DNA of 63,699 nucleotides, the filler included, from Octopus bimaculoides (Eukaryota), in NCBI RefSeq assembly GCF_001194135.2. It is 7 parts of 7 records of this genome, joined end to end, with 100 filler letters (N's around TTAATTAATTAA, not from the genome) between each part and the next. Parts side by side here need not be neighbours in the genome. Positions count along the whole stretch, not along the records: positions 1 to 21,522 come from NC_068989.1; 6 more parts are not named here. One strand, given 5' to 3'. Position numbers and translations under genes: made by a program. Every line of letters begins with the position of its first letter. The stretch's first letter is position 1. Positions 1 to 14,308 of this stretch are shown here, one piece after another. The notes under the pieces were generated by a model. It was given only the letters and a program-made list of their open reading frames with translations. It ran no database searches and had not been told where the DNA came from.

Positions 1-1039
1 TAAATGCATTATAGAATTTTTTAGATCGTTTAGCTAATATCAAGGTTTTCATCCAATTAGGCATAAATTTGATAACATTATCTAATGAGTGGTTCATATT
101 TATCCCTTCTTCAGTATACGCTTGAGGTAATTTTCGACGAATTTGCTCACAACCATGTTTTCGAAATTCATATTGTATTATGATCGGGGATTTGAGAAAC
201 TCATTCCAGCGATCCAGTTCCCCGAGTTCTTTTCAAGGCTAGTAATAACTTGCTTGAATGACACGAAGCTCTCCGAATTTTTGAAAAAAAAAAAAGTGGT
301 AGTGGTGGTGATAGGGGACATTCTAATCGATCCCTACACTGGAATAGACCGGTAAGTGTTTGACTGTATTTAGGGTCATTTAAATGATTCCAAAAAAAAC
401 GGGCTTTAATCTCCCTGTCACTAAAAGTGCCATCCCCCAACTCGTTATACAGTACTCTAGCTCCTTCATATTTAAATCTTACGCCCACGTCTCAAATTTT
501 GCTGTGTGTGCCTCAAATATAAATGTTATAACAAACTGAATATGCTATCGCCATGATCTGACGATCAAACTTCATCTTGTTGCAGGGCTCATAATTTCCG
601 TTGAAATTTGTGGTTTTTTGAACTCCTTGGCTACTTTCTGCAATTTTTCATTTATCTCTAAGACTTTTTCAATTCTGTCTTTTCACAATATAGTGACATA
701 TCCTTAAAATTTGACCCTATTCTAACAGTTTAACAGCGACGTTTAATAACTTCCTTGTTAATTGTCATTTTTGCGTTCATAGAAACTTTCTGAGCCCTCA
801 CAGATTCTTCTTTACTTGGAAATACCCTCCTTTAATCCACCACTCTTGACTATCTAATTAACTATCTGATGATTAATATCGTAAAATCGAGCTATTTCTG
901 TATTGGACTGATCATACTAACGTTATCCGAACTAAAGATGTTCTGTATTTCCCTGCATGCACACACACACACGCGCGCGCGTATATATATATATANNNNN
1001 NNNNNTATGTATGTATGTATGTATGTATGTATGTATGCA

Positions 1040-1070
<31 letters not shown>

Positions 1071-1939
1071 ATAAAAAAATCCGTTCATTCAGGTTAAAAA
1101 ATTAACTACTAATGATTAAATCAAAACAATCCGTTATAACATCTGCAATTAAAATTTATATTAAAAAGATTTAAAATATAGGAGTAACGAGAGTTGAGCT
1201 AAGAGCTCAATGAAATAAAAGATTATGTATGTGTGTGTCTATAAACACACACACACATGCCTGTGCATTTATATCTGTGTATTCCTAACAAGAAATCGAT
1301 ATATACGTACCTATATTTTCCTCAAGTGTCTATTGTAGTAAATATATAGAGATGGCTAGCTTTACACTTTGATAGCTAAACTGAGAACATTGAGAATAAC
1401 TACAATTTAGGATTTCTAACTTACAAAACCCATCGGTCAAGAAATACTTTACGGTTACTTACAAACGATCTTGTTTAATCTGATAAATACGTACAATTCA
1501 GGAACTACAACCGCCTAAACTTGAATACCGTAATGAAAGGCATCAAAAAGATTTAAATCATTAGAAGCTTACACGGATAAAATTTTTTCTACCAGTATAA
1601 TCGTGATAAAATCACCTACCATCGCTTCCTATCTAACTCCATCATTTCTCAAAACACGAAAGAAATCCTCGAACTTCTCATCAGAAAAAATCTTGTTTAT
1701 CTTATTTAAAAAGTGTTAATATAATTACTTGTCAAATAATTTATATTTATTATTGGGTTATATTTTCATTGCTATTATCATGATCTTCGTATGTATGTAT
1801 ATATATGTATCATGTCAGGTCACTTGTGAGTGTTTATGAGGTGCCGTGCAAGCCTTATTGGACCTAAAACTTTGCACAAGCATTGCTGACTTCTTCCTTT
1901 ACACGTACATTGCTACCCGCCTTTTTGTTTATATATATT

Positions 1940-4900
1940 TTTTTATTTGGAATTCCTGTAGCGATGGGAAGGTGGCGAATCATGCAGAACTGACGGGTTG
2001 GAAGCATGTAGTCTGCCACCTGCACATATAAAGTCGTCTCCTTGTCTCCTAAGACAGCGATGGGATTCGTTTGCTGCATGAATATCTGAACAGCTCCATT
2101 TGGGGAGGGCACTGCTCACCCAGAGGCCGGGGAGGTTCTAGAAAAGGTGAACCAAAAATTGCCTGTCTTTCTCTATTTGGTTAAGCGCGACTGACGGATG
2201 TCTATCCTACACTCGAAAAGCAAAGAGAATACTTATAAAATCTGGTTAGAACTTGAATGTTTCATGTTGGAACATGCACACTCTGGTGGATAACAAGTGT
2301 GACTGTAGGCCTGAAAGACGCACTACACTTGTTGCACGCGTGCTGAACCGTTATAACACTGATATAGCTGCACTTTCAGAGACTTGTGTAGAAGGTGATG
2401 GTCTGTTTTAGGACGTAGGAGGTGGATACACCTTTTATTGGAAGGGGAAATTGAAGGAGGAGCGCAGAGAAGCAGGTGCTGGCTTTGCAGTTCGATCTGA
2501 AATCCTTAAGAAGCTGGAGGAACTTCCTGTTCCTACAAATAATCGTCTAATGACTACGTTTGCACCTGAATGGTGGGCGGTTTGCTAATTTAATAAGTGT
2601 CTATGCACCTAATTTGGCCAGTTGTGATGAAGATAAAACTATTTTCTAACTCAACTGAGAGCCATACTTAGGAAAATGCCCAATTCTGATAAAGTCATTC
2701 CACTGGGTGATTTCAATGCCAGGTTTGGAACAGATTGGCAGATGTGGACGTTTTGGTATAGAGAACATGAATAGCAATACAGTCTCATAGTTTTGCGAGG
2801 AATACGGACTTTACATCACAAGCGCTCATTTTATGCACAGAGGTAATCACACAACAACGTAGATGCATCTAAGGTCACTGGATTATGTCATCATTCGCAA
2901 GCGCGACATCTATGACATTTGTAATGTCAAGTCCTTACATGGTTCGGAGTGCTAGACAGACCACAGCCTGGTGCGAGCAAAGTTTGGGATGATGATCAGA
3001 ATGAAAGAAAGAAGAGGGCCAGTTGGCATTCCTCGACGTCTGAATGTCCATAAGATATATGATGCTGTGGTGAGGAAAGAGATTGAGAATCGTTTATCCA
3101 GCTTTGAAAATACTACAGCGTTGGAAGATTTTCGAGACCATGTTTTTCAATGTGCTGCTGAAACACTGGGATATGCTACTGCAAGACACAGAGACTGGTT
3201 TGATGAAAATGATGCTGAAGTTCAGCGACTGCTGGTCGTGAAGCGCCATGCCCAGAGGACTTTCAGTAGTGCAACGAAATCTAGCAGTGCAAAATTACTA
3301 CTGCAGCGATCCCTCAGCATGATATAGAATACCTGCGGGAGGATCTTGCTCGTGATGTTCAGGCTGCTACTGATGCAAATGGAGCAAGGCGCTTTACCAT
3401 CTTATGAAGCAGGTTTATGGGCCTTAGAGCTCTGCATCAACTCCTTTGCTTACCAAGGAATCATCTACTCTGTTCACTAAATCAACAGAGAATTCGGGTC
3501 GCTGGATTGAACATTTTTTCTGAACTCCTAAACCGCGAGTCAGTTGTGAACGAAGCAGTGACTGACACTATGCAACAGGGACCTATCATTGACTCCTTTA
3601 AATTCCACGCCCCCAATAGATGAAGTAATGCCAGCAATAAGTAAACTGAATCTTTGTTAGGCACCTGGTAGGGATGGTATTTCTGCTGAGCTCCTGTGAT
3701 TTGGTGGTGATCCCATCAGACAGTCCTTTTATGAACTTATGAGTGTAATCTGGAGGGATGGAGCAATGCCTAACGACTGGAAGGATGCAATTATTCTTCC
3801 TCTTTATAAAGGAAAGGGAGCCAGAGTAGAGTGTGGCAACGACAGAGGTATTGCTCTACTATCAGCTGCTGACAAGGTTCTGGCAAGTATCCTTCTTATC
3901 CGCCTGAATAGGTGTCTTGTAAATGATGTCCAAACTGAATCTCAATCTGGTTTCCTGTCTGAGAGAGGAACGATGGATATAATTTTCACAGCGAGACAGA
4001 TGCAGGAGAAATGCAATGAGCAGAATATGGATCTTGTTCGGGTATTCATCGATTTAACCAAAGCCTTTGATACTGTAAATAGAGCCTCCCTAGGGGAAAT
4101 ACTTGGTAAACTTGGATGTCTGGATCAATTTGCATCAATAATCAAATCATTTCATGATGGGATTGAGGCTTGGATCAATGTTGGCAGTGGCATGGTGAGA
4201 CCCATTCTTGTAGAGAATAGTGTCAAGCAGGGTGACATCCTTGCCCCAACTCTCTTTCCTCTGTAGTTTGCTGCTACTGTCTCTCTAGCTTTTGCTGTGG
4301 ATAGCTCTCCTGGGAGACAGGATAGGCATCGATCTTCAGGCCGTCTTTTTAACCTGCATCGATTTGCTGCCAATTCAAAAGTTTTTCAGTCTCTTATTCG
4401 TGACCTCCTTTGTGCAGATGACTGTGACTTAGTCACTAATGCAGCATATATGCAAATACTTGTGAATCATTTCTGTTTCTTGCAAGGCACTTGAACTCAG
4501 CATTAGCCTTGATGAGACTATTGTAATGTTTTAGCCGCCATCAGGAAGCCCATATGCGGAACCAGTTATCTTGGTTGAAGGAACGATACTGAAAGTAGTA
4601 GACAAATTTGTCTACCTCGACAGCACACTCAGCCGTTCTTGCTCCCTGGATGATGAAATATGTTTCAGTCTGCAGAGAGCAACTGATTCCTTCGAGTCGC
4701 TTGAGTTCCGTGTCTGGTCCCAATGTGGCATCACAAGGTGAACAAAAATTGCTGTGTACCGTGCATGTGCAATGACATCGCTCCTTTACACATGTGAGAC
4801 ATGGACCCTTTACAAACGTCATGTAGAGGTTCTTGAACGCTTCCATCAGAGATGTTTGAGACACATTCTGAATGTTGGCTGGACCTTAAAACTCCAGATA

Positions 4901-5428
4901 CACAGGTCCTGAGGAAAACCGATATCCTGAGTATTGAAGCGGTGGTGCACAAACAGCGATTACATTGGACTGGACACCTTGTTAGAATGAATGATAGCAG
5001 GATTCCTAAGCAGATGCTATATGGGGAACTTGTTAGTGGAAAGCGAACCGGAAGAAGCCAAGACTGCGATTTAAGGACTGTGTAATGTCCTCATTAAAGG
5101 CCTGTGAAATGCGGGAGGCTGACCGGGAGAGCAATGCTTGACATCTCCATGGATGGAGGAAACAGGTAAAGGAGGGAGTTGATACCTTTGAAAGAGCACG
5201 TACTTTTCATGAAGAATTTACGCGTGCTGCTCGAAAATGCACCGCTAGTGTAATTAATGGGGAAAAATTGGTCTGCAATGTTTGCAGTCGTGTATGTTTG
5301 TCAAAAGCAGGGCTTGTTAGTCTCTAACTGAGCCGCAAGTGTAAAGTATAAGGCAGTCTTGAGTGGACAATTTTCCGAAAAGTCAGTAAGGATTTTCCTC
5401 GGTCACGAGTGGACTACTATCATCATCA
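1940..5428 (+). mobile_element. Near full-length, inactivated RTE-clade LINE (APE endonuclease + reverse transcriptase + C-terminal Cys motif)
   Basis: APE motifs read across frameshifts at about 2260-2730 (WNMHTL, DIAALSET, GYTFYWKG, GAGFAVRS, ISVYAP, LGDFNAR). RT motifs in ORF 3739-4266 (WKDAIILPLYKGKG, RGIALLS, QSGF, FIDLTKAFDTVNR, VKQGDILAPTLF), then LLCADDCDL, FVYLDS, RLHWTGHLVRM..RIPKQMLYGEL, and CNVCSRVC near 5275. Short (CAT)n tail. Many stops and frameshifts. Confidence 0.93.
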
Positions 5429-5430
5429 TA

Positions 5431-5465
<35 letters not shown>

Positions 5466-5829
5466 TCACATATATATATATATATTCACATATATATGCA
5501 TGTATGTGTAGAAGACACTTGCCTAAGTTGCCGCGCAGTGGGACTGAACCCGGTATCATGTGATTGGGAAACAAGTTTCTTACTACATATCCACGCCTGT
5601 ACCTATCTGTGGGAATGGATTTAGGACTGGCTAGCTTGTACAGGACATAGAGTCGTATAATGTATAAAAATGAAGTAAAACCAAGAAATGATATTTTGAA
5701 CGTATTTAACAGTCCGTCGTAACACATTGATGCTTGAAATAGGAGAGTTACGTGGAAGTAATATAAAGAAAAGAAATCGATGCGTTCGAAAATTCTTTTG
5801 GGTTTATAAGTAACACAGAACAATATACA

Positions 5830-6790
5830 CGAGTAGGTTTATGGCTGGAGCAAGGTCAAGTACTAATTTACAAGTTGAAGTCTTTGTTAACGAATTTGAA
5901 AAGGCGGTTAGAATGGTTTTTGTTAAGCATTGCTATTCCAACATAACGAAGTTCTGGTAGTAATGCTGATATAACACGCTTGGCCTTGCATACAAGTTTT
6001 AGTAAAACTGAAGGACACGAATAAAACAATACATGTGTATGATTTTTTACACTGTAAAGCAATTTAGATTTAAAGCTGGTGGATCGTGGAACATTTATGA
6101 TAATGGATCTAGTGTGTGGAAATCAATTGAAAATATAATTCGACCAAAATATTGTTTTTAGGGTATATGTCTGATGTGTTCGTCAATTTGTTCTGTTTAT
6201 ATCTACTTTATATGTTGCATATACGTTTGAAAAGAGATAATTTACAGGAGATTAAATTTATTTATGATAGTAAATACATTCCATTTGCAGGGCAGGTGTT
6301 TAGGCAAGTTAGAAGCATTCCTCTGGGTGGTACGTGTAGTCATTTGTTATTTGTACATGGCAGCATGTGAATTTTCTTGATGATTTATAGAAACGGAAAA
6401 ACTTAGGGTTAATCAGGCAACTTGATAGATTTCGAAGGCACATGCACGACATTTTCGTTCATAATTATAGTTATTTTTTTTTTCGAACATTTACTGAGTT
6501 GAAGTTATTCTAGAGATTCGGAACCAAAAAGAAGTAGTAGCGATCTTAATTTTAAGTCAACGACAACGTTAAGGGAAGATAACTGCACATCTATCAAATT
6601 AAGATATAACGGTTTTGCTGGGATGTAATGAAAATAATCGATGGGATTTTCAGTAGAAATAACATATAATCTGATAAAACAGAATAGGCGTACATATAAT
6701 GTAAAAAACTTCAATTGTGACGTACACACACACAGAGTCATACACACTGAGACACACACATATACATACATACATACACACACATACACG

Positions 6791-6841
<51 letters not shown>

Positions 6842-7200
6842 ATATATATATATATATATATATCAGTCAAGTAAGCTTGGAGTTATTTCAAGCTTTGCTT
6901 ATGCTATGTAGGGATGCGTTTGCTGTTAATGTGTTTCTTCTGAGAAGTAATGATGTACATACACGAATACCTGACATGAATGCTGTGTGAACTGGAATTG
7001 CTGTGGTATTTATGTGAGGATGGGAATTGACAACATATAACTATTGGGAAATATCCGATTATTTTCGTGAAGACATATAAGTTTAAACCAAATGACGTTT
7101 GTTCTGTTAGTTCTACTCTGCTTTGAGGTAGATGGAGACATGTTTATACTAGTTAAGTTGCAAGTGAAATCGCATAATTATAATTAAGGGCTGCTTTTTT
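5830..7200 (+). mobile_element. Decayed Penelope-like RT fragment interrupted by (CA)n/(TA)n
   Basis: FAGQVFRQVRSIPLGGTCSHLL resembles the Penelope F.G..F.Q..GIPMG.NCAPLL motif; YDF near 6040 and GV.SS near 6880 are collinear; many stops. Confidence 0.6.
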
Positions 7201-7915
7201 CAGGATGTACATATCCAACGATAATTCAGAGATTTTCCTACTTATTCCATCTATAGCATTCTACCCACAGAACATGCTCAAGGGTATTTGACTAGTGGCG
7301 ATCTCTGATCAGTGGTGAAACAGCTCAGGAATGAAACTAAATACGAATCATCAAGGAGTTTTTTCTCGACTGAGCAAAAAGAAACAGTGCCACTAGAGAG
7401 GTTGATTTGAAAAACTCACTCACAATTGGACTCGTGCTTTGTCCGGTACTGGCAGCATGGAAAATGGTCATATGAAAATCTGTATCGATTTGGACTTCGT
7501 CGTTAAGAGACGCAACGACACCAAAATCACATTCCACTCTACATCTGGTCTTGCAGCCAGATGTTTCGTTGGTTAACTTTTATCGAGCTAAAAAGAACAT
7601 AAAGGACAACACTGCCAACAAATGTTGCAAGCTGGTGTGTTGGGATTATTCAGCAATCAGGAGCTTCTCCAGCACGATTCTTTACGTCGTTGACAATAAC
7701 GTTGTTGTAGAGAAAAATCAGTCGTTCGTGGTGAAATACCTTGAAATTTGCCAGTTACAAAAACCACCACAAACGCTCCATCTGCCAGCAACATGGGTCA
7801 TCGAGTAATTCGTAGATGCTGCTTTACATATCCTTGTGTTTGGGGAGGGTATCACAAAGAGGTCGTGCAATTTATACGTGCATTAATGTTACCACCACAC
7901 CAGCGTCATTATTTT

Positions 7916-7916
<1 letters not shown>

Positions 7917-7973
<57 letters not shown>

Positions 7974-7975
7974 GC
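7917..7975. repeat. (TAC)n microsatellite
   Basis: Direct reading; source of the poly-Y and poly-L ORFs. Confidence 0.95.
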
Positions 7976-8868
7976 TACTTATAATATATGTGTATGCATA
8001 TGTATGCTCAAAACAAGCATGAACATGTGTGTGTGTAAATATGTATGTAACGAAAATGGATTGTTTTGGAGACGGTGATATCTTTATTTTTATTCGTCAT
8101 ACAATAGAATTTGAGTTGACAAAAATTTATGGAAACTAATTGGCTTTCATTAGATCAGTTTAACTGTTAGATATTCATATGAATTTTTCTTGTTCTTTAA
8201 ACATTCCTTTAATTCCTACCGGTGTTTCTCTAATTTTAGAGTATGTAATACGTGATTATTTTACGAAAATATCTACTAATATTTTGATGAATTAGGAGCA
8301 TCAAGACATACCTATATATTGACTGCCAACAGTTAACGCATCAAGACATACCTGTACATTGACTGCCAGCATCTTTAAGATGACAGTGTGTGTGTGTGAT
8401 TCGAAAGAGATTTAGCTGTTATTTCTAGCAGATCGGGAGACTGCTTAGTGGTTTCCTCGTTTCATAGACATTTCTATTGGATTGAATGTGTGCGTGTGTG
8501 TGTAACTTCAGGTCAATCCTGACCGAACAGACCTATCCTCAAAAATGTTTCAACCATGAACATACGGTTTTCTTAAAACTACATTAGCGAATGTGGTCAT
8601 TGCTTTTTAAGCTGACAGTGTGTGCTTTAAGGGATATTTGGCTGTTATTTCTTACAGGTCGACCGACCATGTAAAATTTCACTTGTTTTTGGTGTAGGCT
8701 GTGTGTGGTAGACAGACTGAAAAATAGCATCATTTAGAAAGGAATGTGTGTGATTAGAATTAAGAGTAAGGAGTCATATGGAACGACAAGACACATCAGG
8801 ATTGGTAAAGTGTAGAGTACAGTAGAAAGAGCGAGAGTGAGAGAGAGAAAGAAAAAGAAAGGAAGGAA

Positions 8869-8922
<54 letters not shown>

Positions 8923-11917
8923 AATTGAGAAAGCGTAATCAGTATATGATGAAGTCGTGTGACAAAAAAACTTACAATCCAAGTGACGGGAGATAGATGG
9001 ATCCCAAACACAGGCAATTTTTTCGCGGAGGTACTTGTGCCAGACGTCATGGTCGAAGGTCTTTCAAGAGGCAAGAGCAAAAAATATTGATTTCACTTGA
9101 ACCTTAAGAATGAAAAGTTTCTCGATACATTCCTGAAGCAAAATATAAAAAAAAAGATCCGGGTAGATAGTCTACATGTTGTTTTAGAAGACTTTGCTAT
9201 TCTGATATCCAATTTGTTGTGTTGTTGGTGATTGGAGAAATTCCTTTTTTGAAGTTGTAGGAAGTGTTTCTTGGGTGTACAGTAAGTGCATTCACAATAA
9301 ACCTCTTGGAATATTTAGGATTGCACGGAGGATGTGAAAGGAATAACCAGAAAGGTTGGTTTTTACAAATTGGTAAACGGTTAGTTTGGCGGTAAATCAC
9401 ATTTTCTGTAGAAGTTAGAACTGGCTGAGTTTCACATAATTAAAGCACCAGAGACAATGAATAATGTTTTAACACTATCGATGTCATAAGAAATCGGAAA
9501 CTTCGAAAGGACGTAAAATTATTCTTTTTGGAACGGAGAATCTCGAAGCAGATAAAGCTATAAATAATAACGTGTAAATATTGGATTAAAACCCTTTAGA
9601 CAGGAAAAATTAAAAAGCTGCTCGTGAGACTCGAACCTTCATCTGCAGCATATGACAAGCGTTATATATTGGAATCGTAAGTTTGTGGTAATTCATTGTT
9701 GTTGGGTGGAAAAACATGATAATTTCTTATTTAGGCACAAGACCAGCAGTCTTGTAAGAATAAGCTAGACTATTTTAGTACTTGTTCCATGCTTTATTTT
9801 ACTGACCCTGAAGGAATGTACGGCAAAATTAACCGTAGCGAGATTAGAACTGACTTTGGAGGTGATAGGAGTGGCAGTGGTGGATCACCGTCGTTTGCCG
9901 ATGAGGATTGAGTCGTTCAATCTACTGGATTACCTGCTCCGGAATTAACGTATAAGTGCCCGAACATTCCTCAGACAAGTATACCGTTAACGTAATTCTC
10001 AGCTAAAACCAGCGTGATATTTTGTAAGAAGATTATATCTTTTGAATTACGAGTACAATCCACTCAATTGTAACAGCTTCCGTCAATCCAATTCCACTCA
10101 CATGATATGGATCGACTAGAAGTTATAAAAAATTACATTGGCCCGAGACGCCACTCAGTGGGATTGTTCTCAGAACCTCGTGTATGCGAAGATAACTTCT
10201 AAAACATTCGGCCATTCTGCGCATACCATGTTATTATAACGACAATAGAAATAGCTCAAGCCCTAACAGTTTATGCAGCGGCTAATGTGTGCTTCAATTT
10301 ATAGATAAAACTAATGCAACTGGAAATTCTATTTCAATCCGACTTTGGTTATTCTTATTTCAGCACTTTTGTACAACGTATATATATATATACGAAACAC
10401 ACATACATAAACACAATATGTGTATAACATACACACACACACATATACACAAAATCATGCATAACATAATTATATGTACAACATAGACAATATGCATAAT
10501 TTATAAAGCACACAGCACAGATATGCATAATACACATATACATAACATCACATCTATACACATCACAACCTCATTATATTCATCAACCCACTCAAACTGT
10601 TAAATATTTAGATATGCCGTAGAGATGTGACAGTCACAATGAACTTCGAAAAATAATTACTTGCATTAGAATTTGGGTAGTTGAATACTACTGGTTTCTT
10701 ACTTGACATGAGGTCAAAATTTTGTGTACGTGGTGTTGTCATCTGTATAAACATCAATTGTAAATGGGTGTTCTTGACGAATTTGAGTAACTGCTTAACG
10801 ATACAAACAAAAATAACAATTGTATGGATAATGTAGACATTTCTATAAACATAAACTGCATCGAGTCAATAAGAGAGCCCCTACATGGTCATTCAGTGTG
10901 TTAGAAATAGCAGCGGATGTGAAAGATGGAAACTGAAAGAAGCCTCTCTCTCTCTCTCTCTCTGTTATATATATATATANNNNNNNNNNNNNNNNNNNNN
11001 NNNNNNNNNNNNNNNNNNNNNNNNNNNNNNNNNNNNNNNNNNNNNNNNNNNNNNNNNNNNNNNNNNNNNNNNNNNNNNNNNNNNNNNNNNNNNNNNNNNN
11101 NNNNNNNNNNNNNNNNNNNNNNNNNNNNNNNNNNNNNNNNNNNNNNNNNNNNNNNNNNNNNNNNNNNNNNNNNNNNNNNNNNNNNNNNNNNNNNNNNNNN
11201 NNNNNNNNNNNNNNNNNNNNNNNNNNNNNNNNNNNNNNNNNNNNNNNNNNNNNNNNNNNNNNNNNNTATTCAAGGCGGTGCCTCCGCATGACCGCAGTCT
11301 ACTAACTGAAACAAGTAAAAGATAAAAGATGAAAGATATGTTTAATGTTATTTGTGTGTTAACAACAATGATGACGTTCAAATATCGCTAATTATATTTC
11401 TGTATGTTTGATTACTTTTCGCTATAGATTACCGGGAAACAATTTCCTACAATTTTATTAAAATCAGTTTATATTCTGTTTTAGTGGCAATAATTCTGTG
11501 ATACTAAAATATTTAAATGACAATCAACCACACCTAATAGTAGTTTGAGTATGTTAAGTTGAAAATATTTTATATTGCATAAGTTAATTGACAATCTGTA
11601 ATTCTAGATTTCATAACTGTGAATCAGTAATAATTAAGTTTAAAACAATGGGCTATTAACATCCACACTGGATCTTTGACGAGGACAAGCGAACGAAGAA
11701 GTGCTACGTTATCACTATACTTGCTAGAAATAGTAGCCAAATCGCACTCTTCTTAATGAAAACTGCAATTTGGCTACTATTTATGAATTTTAATGAAAAA
11801 GAAAGGACTAGTTTGATAATGTGGTGTGGGATTAAATATTTCTGAAATGACAGAATGGTCACCGTTTCAATGAATTCCGTCATATATCTACTTAACCAGG
11901 ATTGACATGGGCTAGAC

Positions 11918-12226
11918 CAGTGGTTCCCAAAGTGGGCGGTATTGTCCCATTGGGGCGGCGGAGAGTTCCAAGGGGCGTTGAAGAAAAGTGGGGCGCTAAT
12001 GGGGGTAGCAATTCATGTAAAAAGTGGGGTGATAATGGGGTAGCGATTCATGTAAAAACAACGAAATAATGGGTTCATTAGGTTAAGTTTTATTTGTGAA
12101 ATACAGTTGCTTTGAATTTAATTCAGAAAGAGGTATGTGTTTGTGATAGCTAGTTAGGGTGGGATCGCTAGGAATGTGACCTAGGTGTCAAGGGGACAGC
12201 AGCCCGAAAAAGCTTGGGAACCGCTG
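11918..12226. mobile_element. hAT-type MITE
   Basis: TIRs CAGTGGTTCCCAA ... TTGGGAACCGCTG; 8-bp TSD GGCTAGAC (11910-11917) / GGCTAAAC (12227-12234), one mismatch. Confidence 0.85.
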
Positions 12227-14069
12227 GGCTAAACAACACCAAAACTTATCTGCTTTATCGGAAGAACTGACAGCAGTGAGAGTATGGGGCATCACCATCA
12301 CTGTTCTACTCATAATGCCAAGTAAGTGACCACAGCTTTAAACTACAATATCAAATCTCTGCTGCATTAAATGACCACAACATTAAGCTACCACAACATT
12401 AAACCACCTCAATAAACCAATACAATATAGAACCTTCACGCTATAAAATCAACGTCGTTAAATTCTTTGTGTATAGCAACATCATTGAGTATTGGCTGCG
12501 ATAAATTCTTCGAGCTGACTTTTGATTGTTCTGGGATTAACATTCTACGACTTTAAGCGAAACGCTAACTTCATGACTATCTCAAAACCAGTTATGAGTG
12601 TATTAAAAAAAGAATTACGTTTTGTTACACCATGAGAGGATTGTCTTTGCACGCCAAAAGAATGATGAAAGTATGAAAAAGAATGAAAAGTATGAAAAAA
12701 AATCTATGGTTCTGACAAATATATTTCGTCAGAATGGTAGAGTGTTCATGCACTCCATTCAATCTAAGAAAATGGACATATACTGGTGCATGTAGTTTTT
12801 CTTGTATAGCATCAGAGGTGGGTGTTCACAACAAAGTTGTTTTTGAAGTAAAGGATAATTACATTAAAATTACTCATCTGCCCTTCCTGCTCGCATCACT
12901 CTTCCTACCTTCACTTTTCAGACCTTTTAAGAAACACTTTGACCGGTCTTTCCTCTACAGGCGCACAATCCTCTGCTATTCCCTCTCCTCCCACGTCTTT
13001 CATTCAAACTTTGGTCTGTAGATATTCAAGATCAGTCGCAACAGCCTGAGTCCTACCAATCTGTTAAAAAATCAAGAACACTGGTACTCTATCTCTAACG
13101 TAACTGTAAATAAATTATACTCGTGTTATTGAAACTTTTCACAGTAAGAAAATCCATCTACTTTATCTCACATCCCACAATTGTCAAATACTCCTTTCTC
13201 AATAAACTGCACGCTGATGATTTGTTTTATTCAAACTGCTTTAGAATGAAATTACTGCAAGTCTTCTGCCTTAATTTAACGTAAAGCCGATGTCAATCAG
13301 TATTACAGAAATAATTTCTAAAACGAACCATCCATTAAAAAAATCCATGCTTTGACAGAAGTCTGTTTATTACCACTCAGAAAGTTTTAGTCAACCGAAG
13401 ATTAACGTTAAGAGATGAATACATTCAACAACTTTGAAATTTAAAGGCAAAAGTATGCAAACACACACCTGTCAGTTGCAGCTTTGCTATGATATTACTG
13501 TGATGAAGAGAGTTGGAATATTACAAATTTTTTAGGCATGAAAAGTAAATTAATTAAGGAATTGCAATTGAAATTATACGATTCCTGTACGGAAATTCGT
13601 ATCGATTGAAAATGATTGAAAACATGAGACTTGAAGTTGTACAGATATGAAGACAGTCGATTGAGAAGAGATGTTTTCTTTTTTATATTTGTTAGTGAAA
13701 TTATTCTCAATCNNNNNNNNNNNNNNNNNNNNNNNNNNNNNNNNNNTATATATATATATATGGTCATGGGCCACCGTCTTAATAGCAAAAGCTATTGGTA
13801 TAAAACTGTATAAATATGTATGTTCAACCATGTGACTATGCAAGAATAGATAGCAACTATAACATGCAGAACAAGTAGGAAGTAAATGGAAAGAAATCAA
13901 ATTGATAAAAACAAGAAACAACGAAACCTAATGCAAACATTATGAATATTATGATATCGCCATTGCATATGACAGACGTGGAAAAGAAGTATGGGTGAGA
14001 AGGAAGGTTGTTATTTGATTGAATAGAGAAATTGGAGGACAGACTGACAGACAGTAGCGGTGAAGATGG

Positions 14070-14270
14070 TGGGATGATGATGATGATGAACATGGTTCTG
14101 ATGTTAATGATAATGATGTTAGTGATAATGTTGGTGATATTGGTAATAATGATAATGATGATTATCATCACAATAACAATGTCGATGCTAGTGATAAAAG
14201 TGATGGTAATGCAGATGATAGTGATGTTACTAATGATGATGATGAATAATTATGATTTGATGATCTTAAT
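14070..14270. repeat. Degenerate (ATG/GAT)n repeat in the intron upstream of the GPCR exon
   Basis: Direct reading; produces the false Met/Ile-rich N-terminus of ORF 14032-14505. Confidence 0.85.
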
Positions 14271-14308
14271 TCAATGTAGTGATAATATTTCTGATTTGTC
14301 TATTGCAG

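Noticed and set aside
1-860. Minus-strand ORF 201-488 and surrounding purine-rich sequence, possibly a decayed L1/Tx1 fragment
   Set aside because: No diagnostic motif that I can support.
9000-9420. Possible second Penelope RT remnant (minus strand)
   Set aside because: Only a vague IYR...HP resemblance; too degraded to call.
14032-14308. Met/Ile-rich N-terminus of ORF 14032-14505
   Set aside because: Translation of an intronic (ATG)n repeat; the real exon starts at the AG at 14307-14308.
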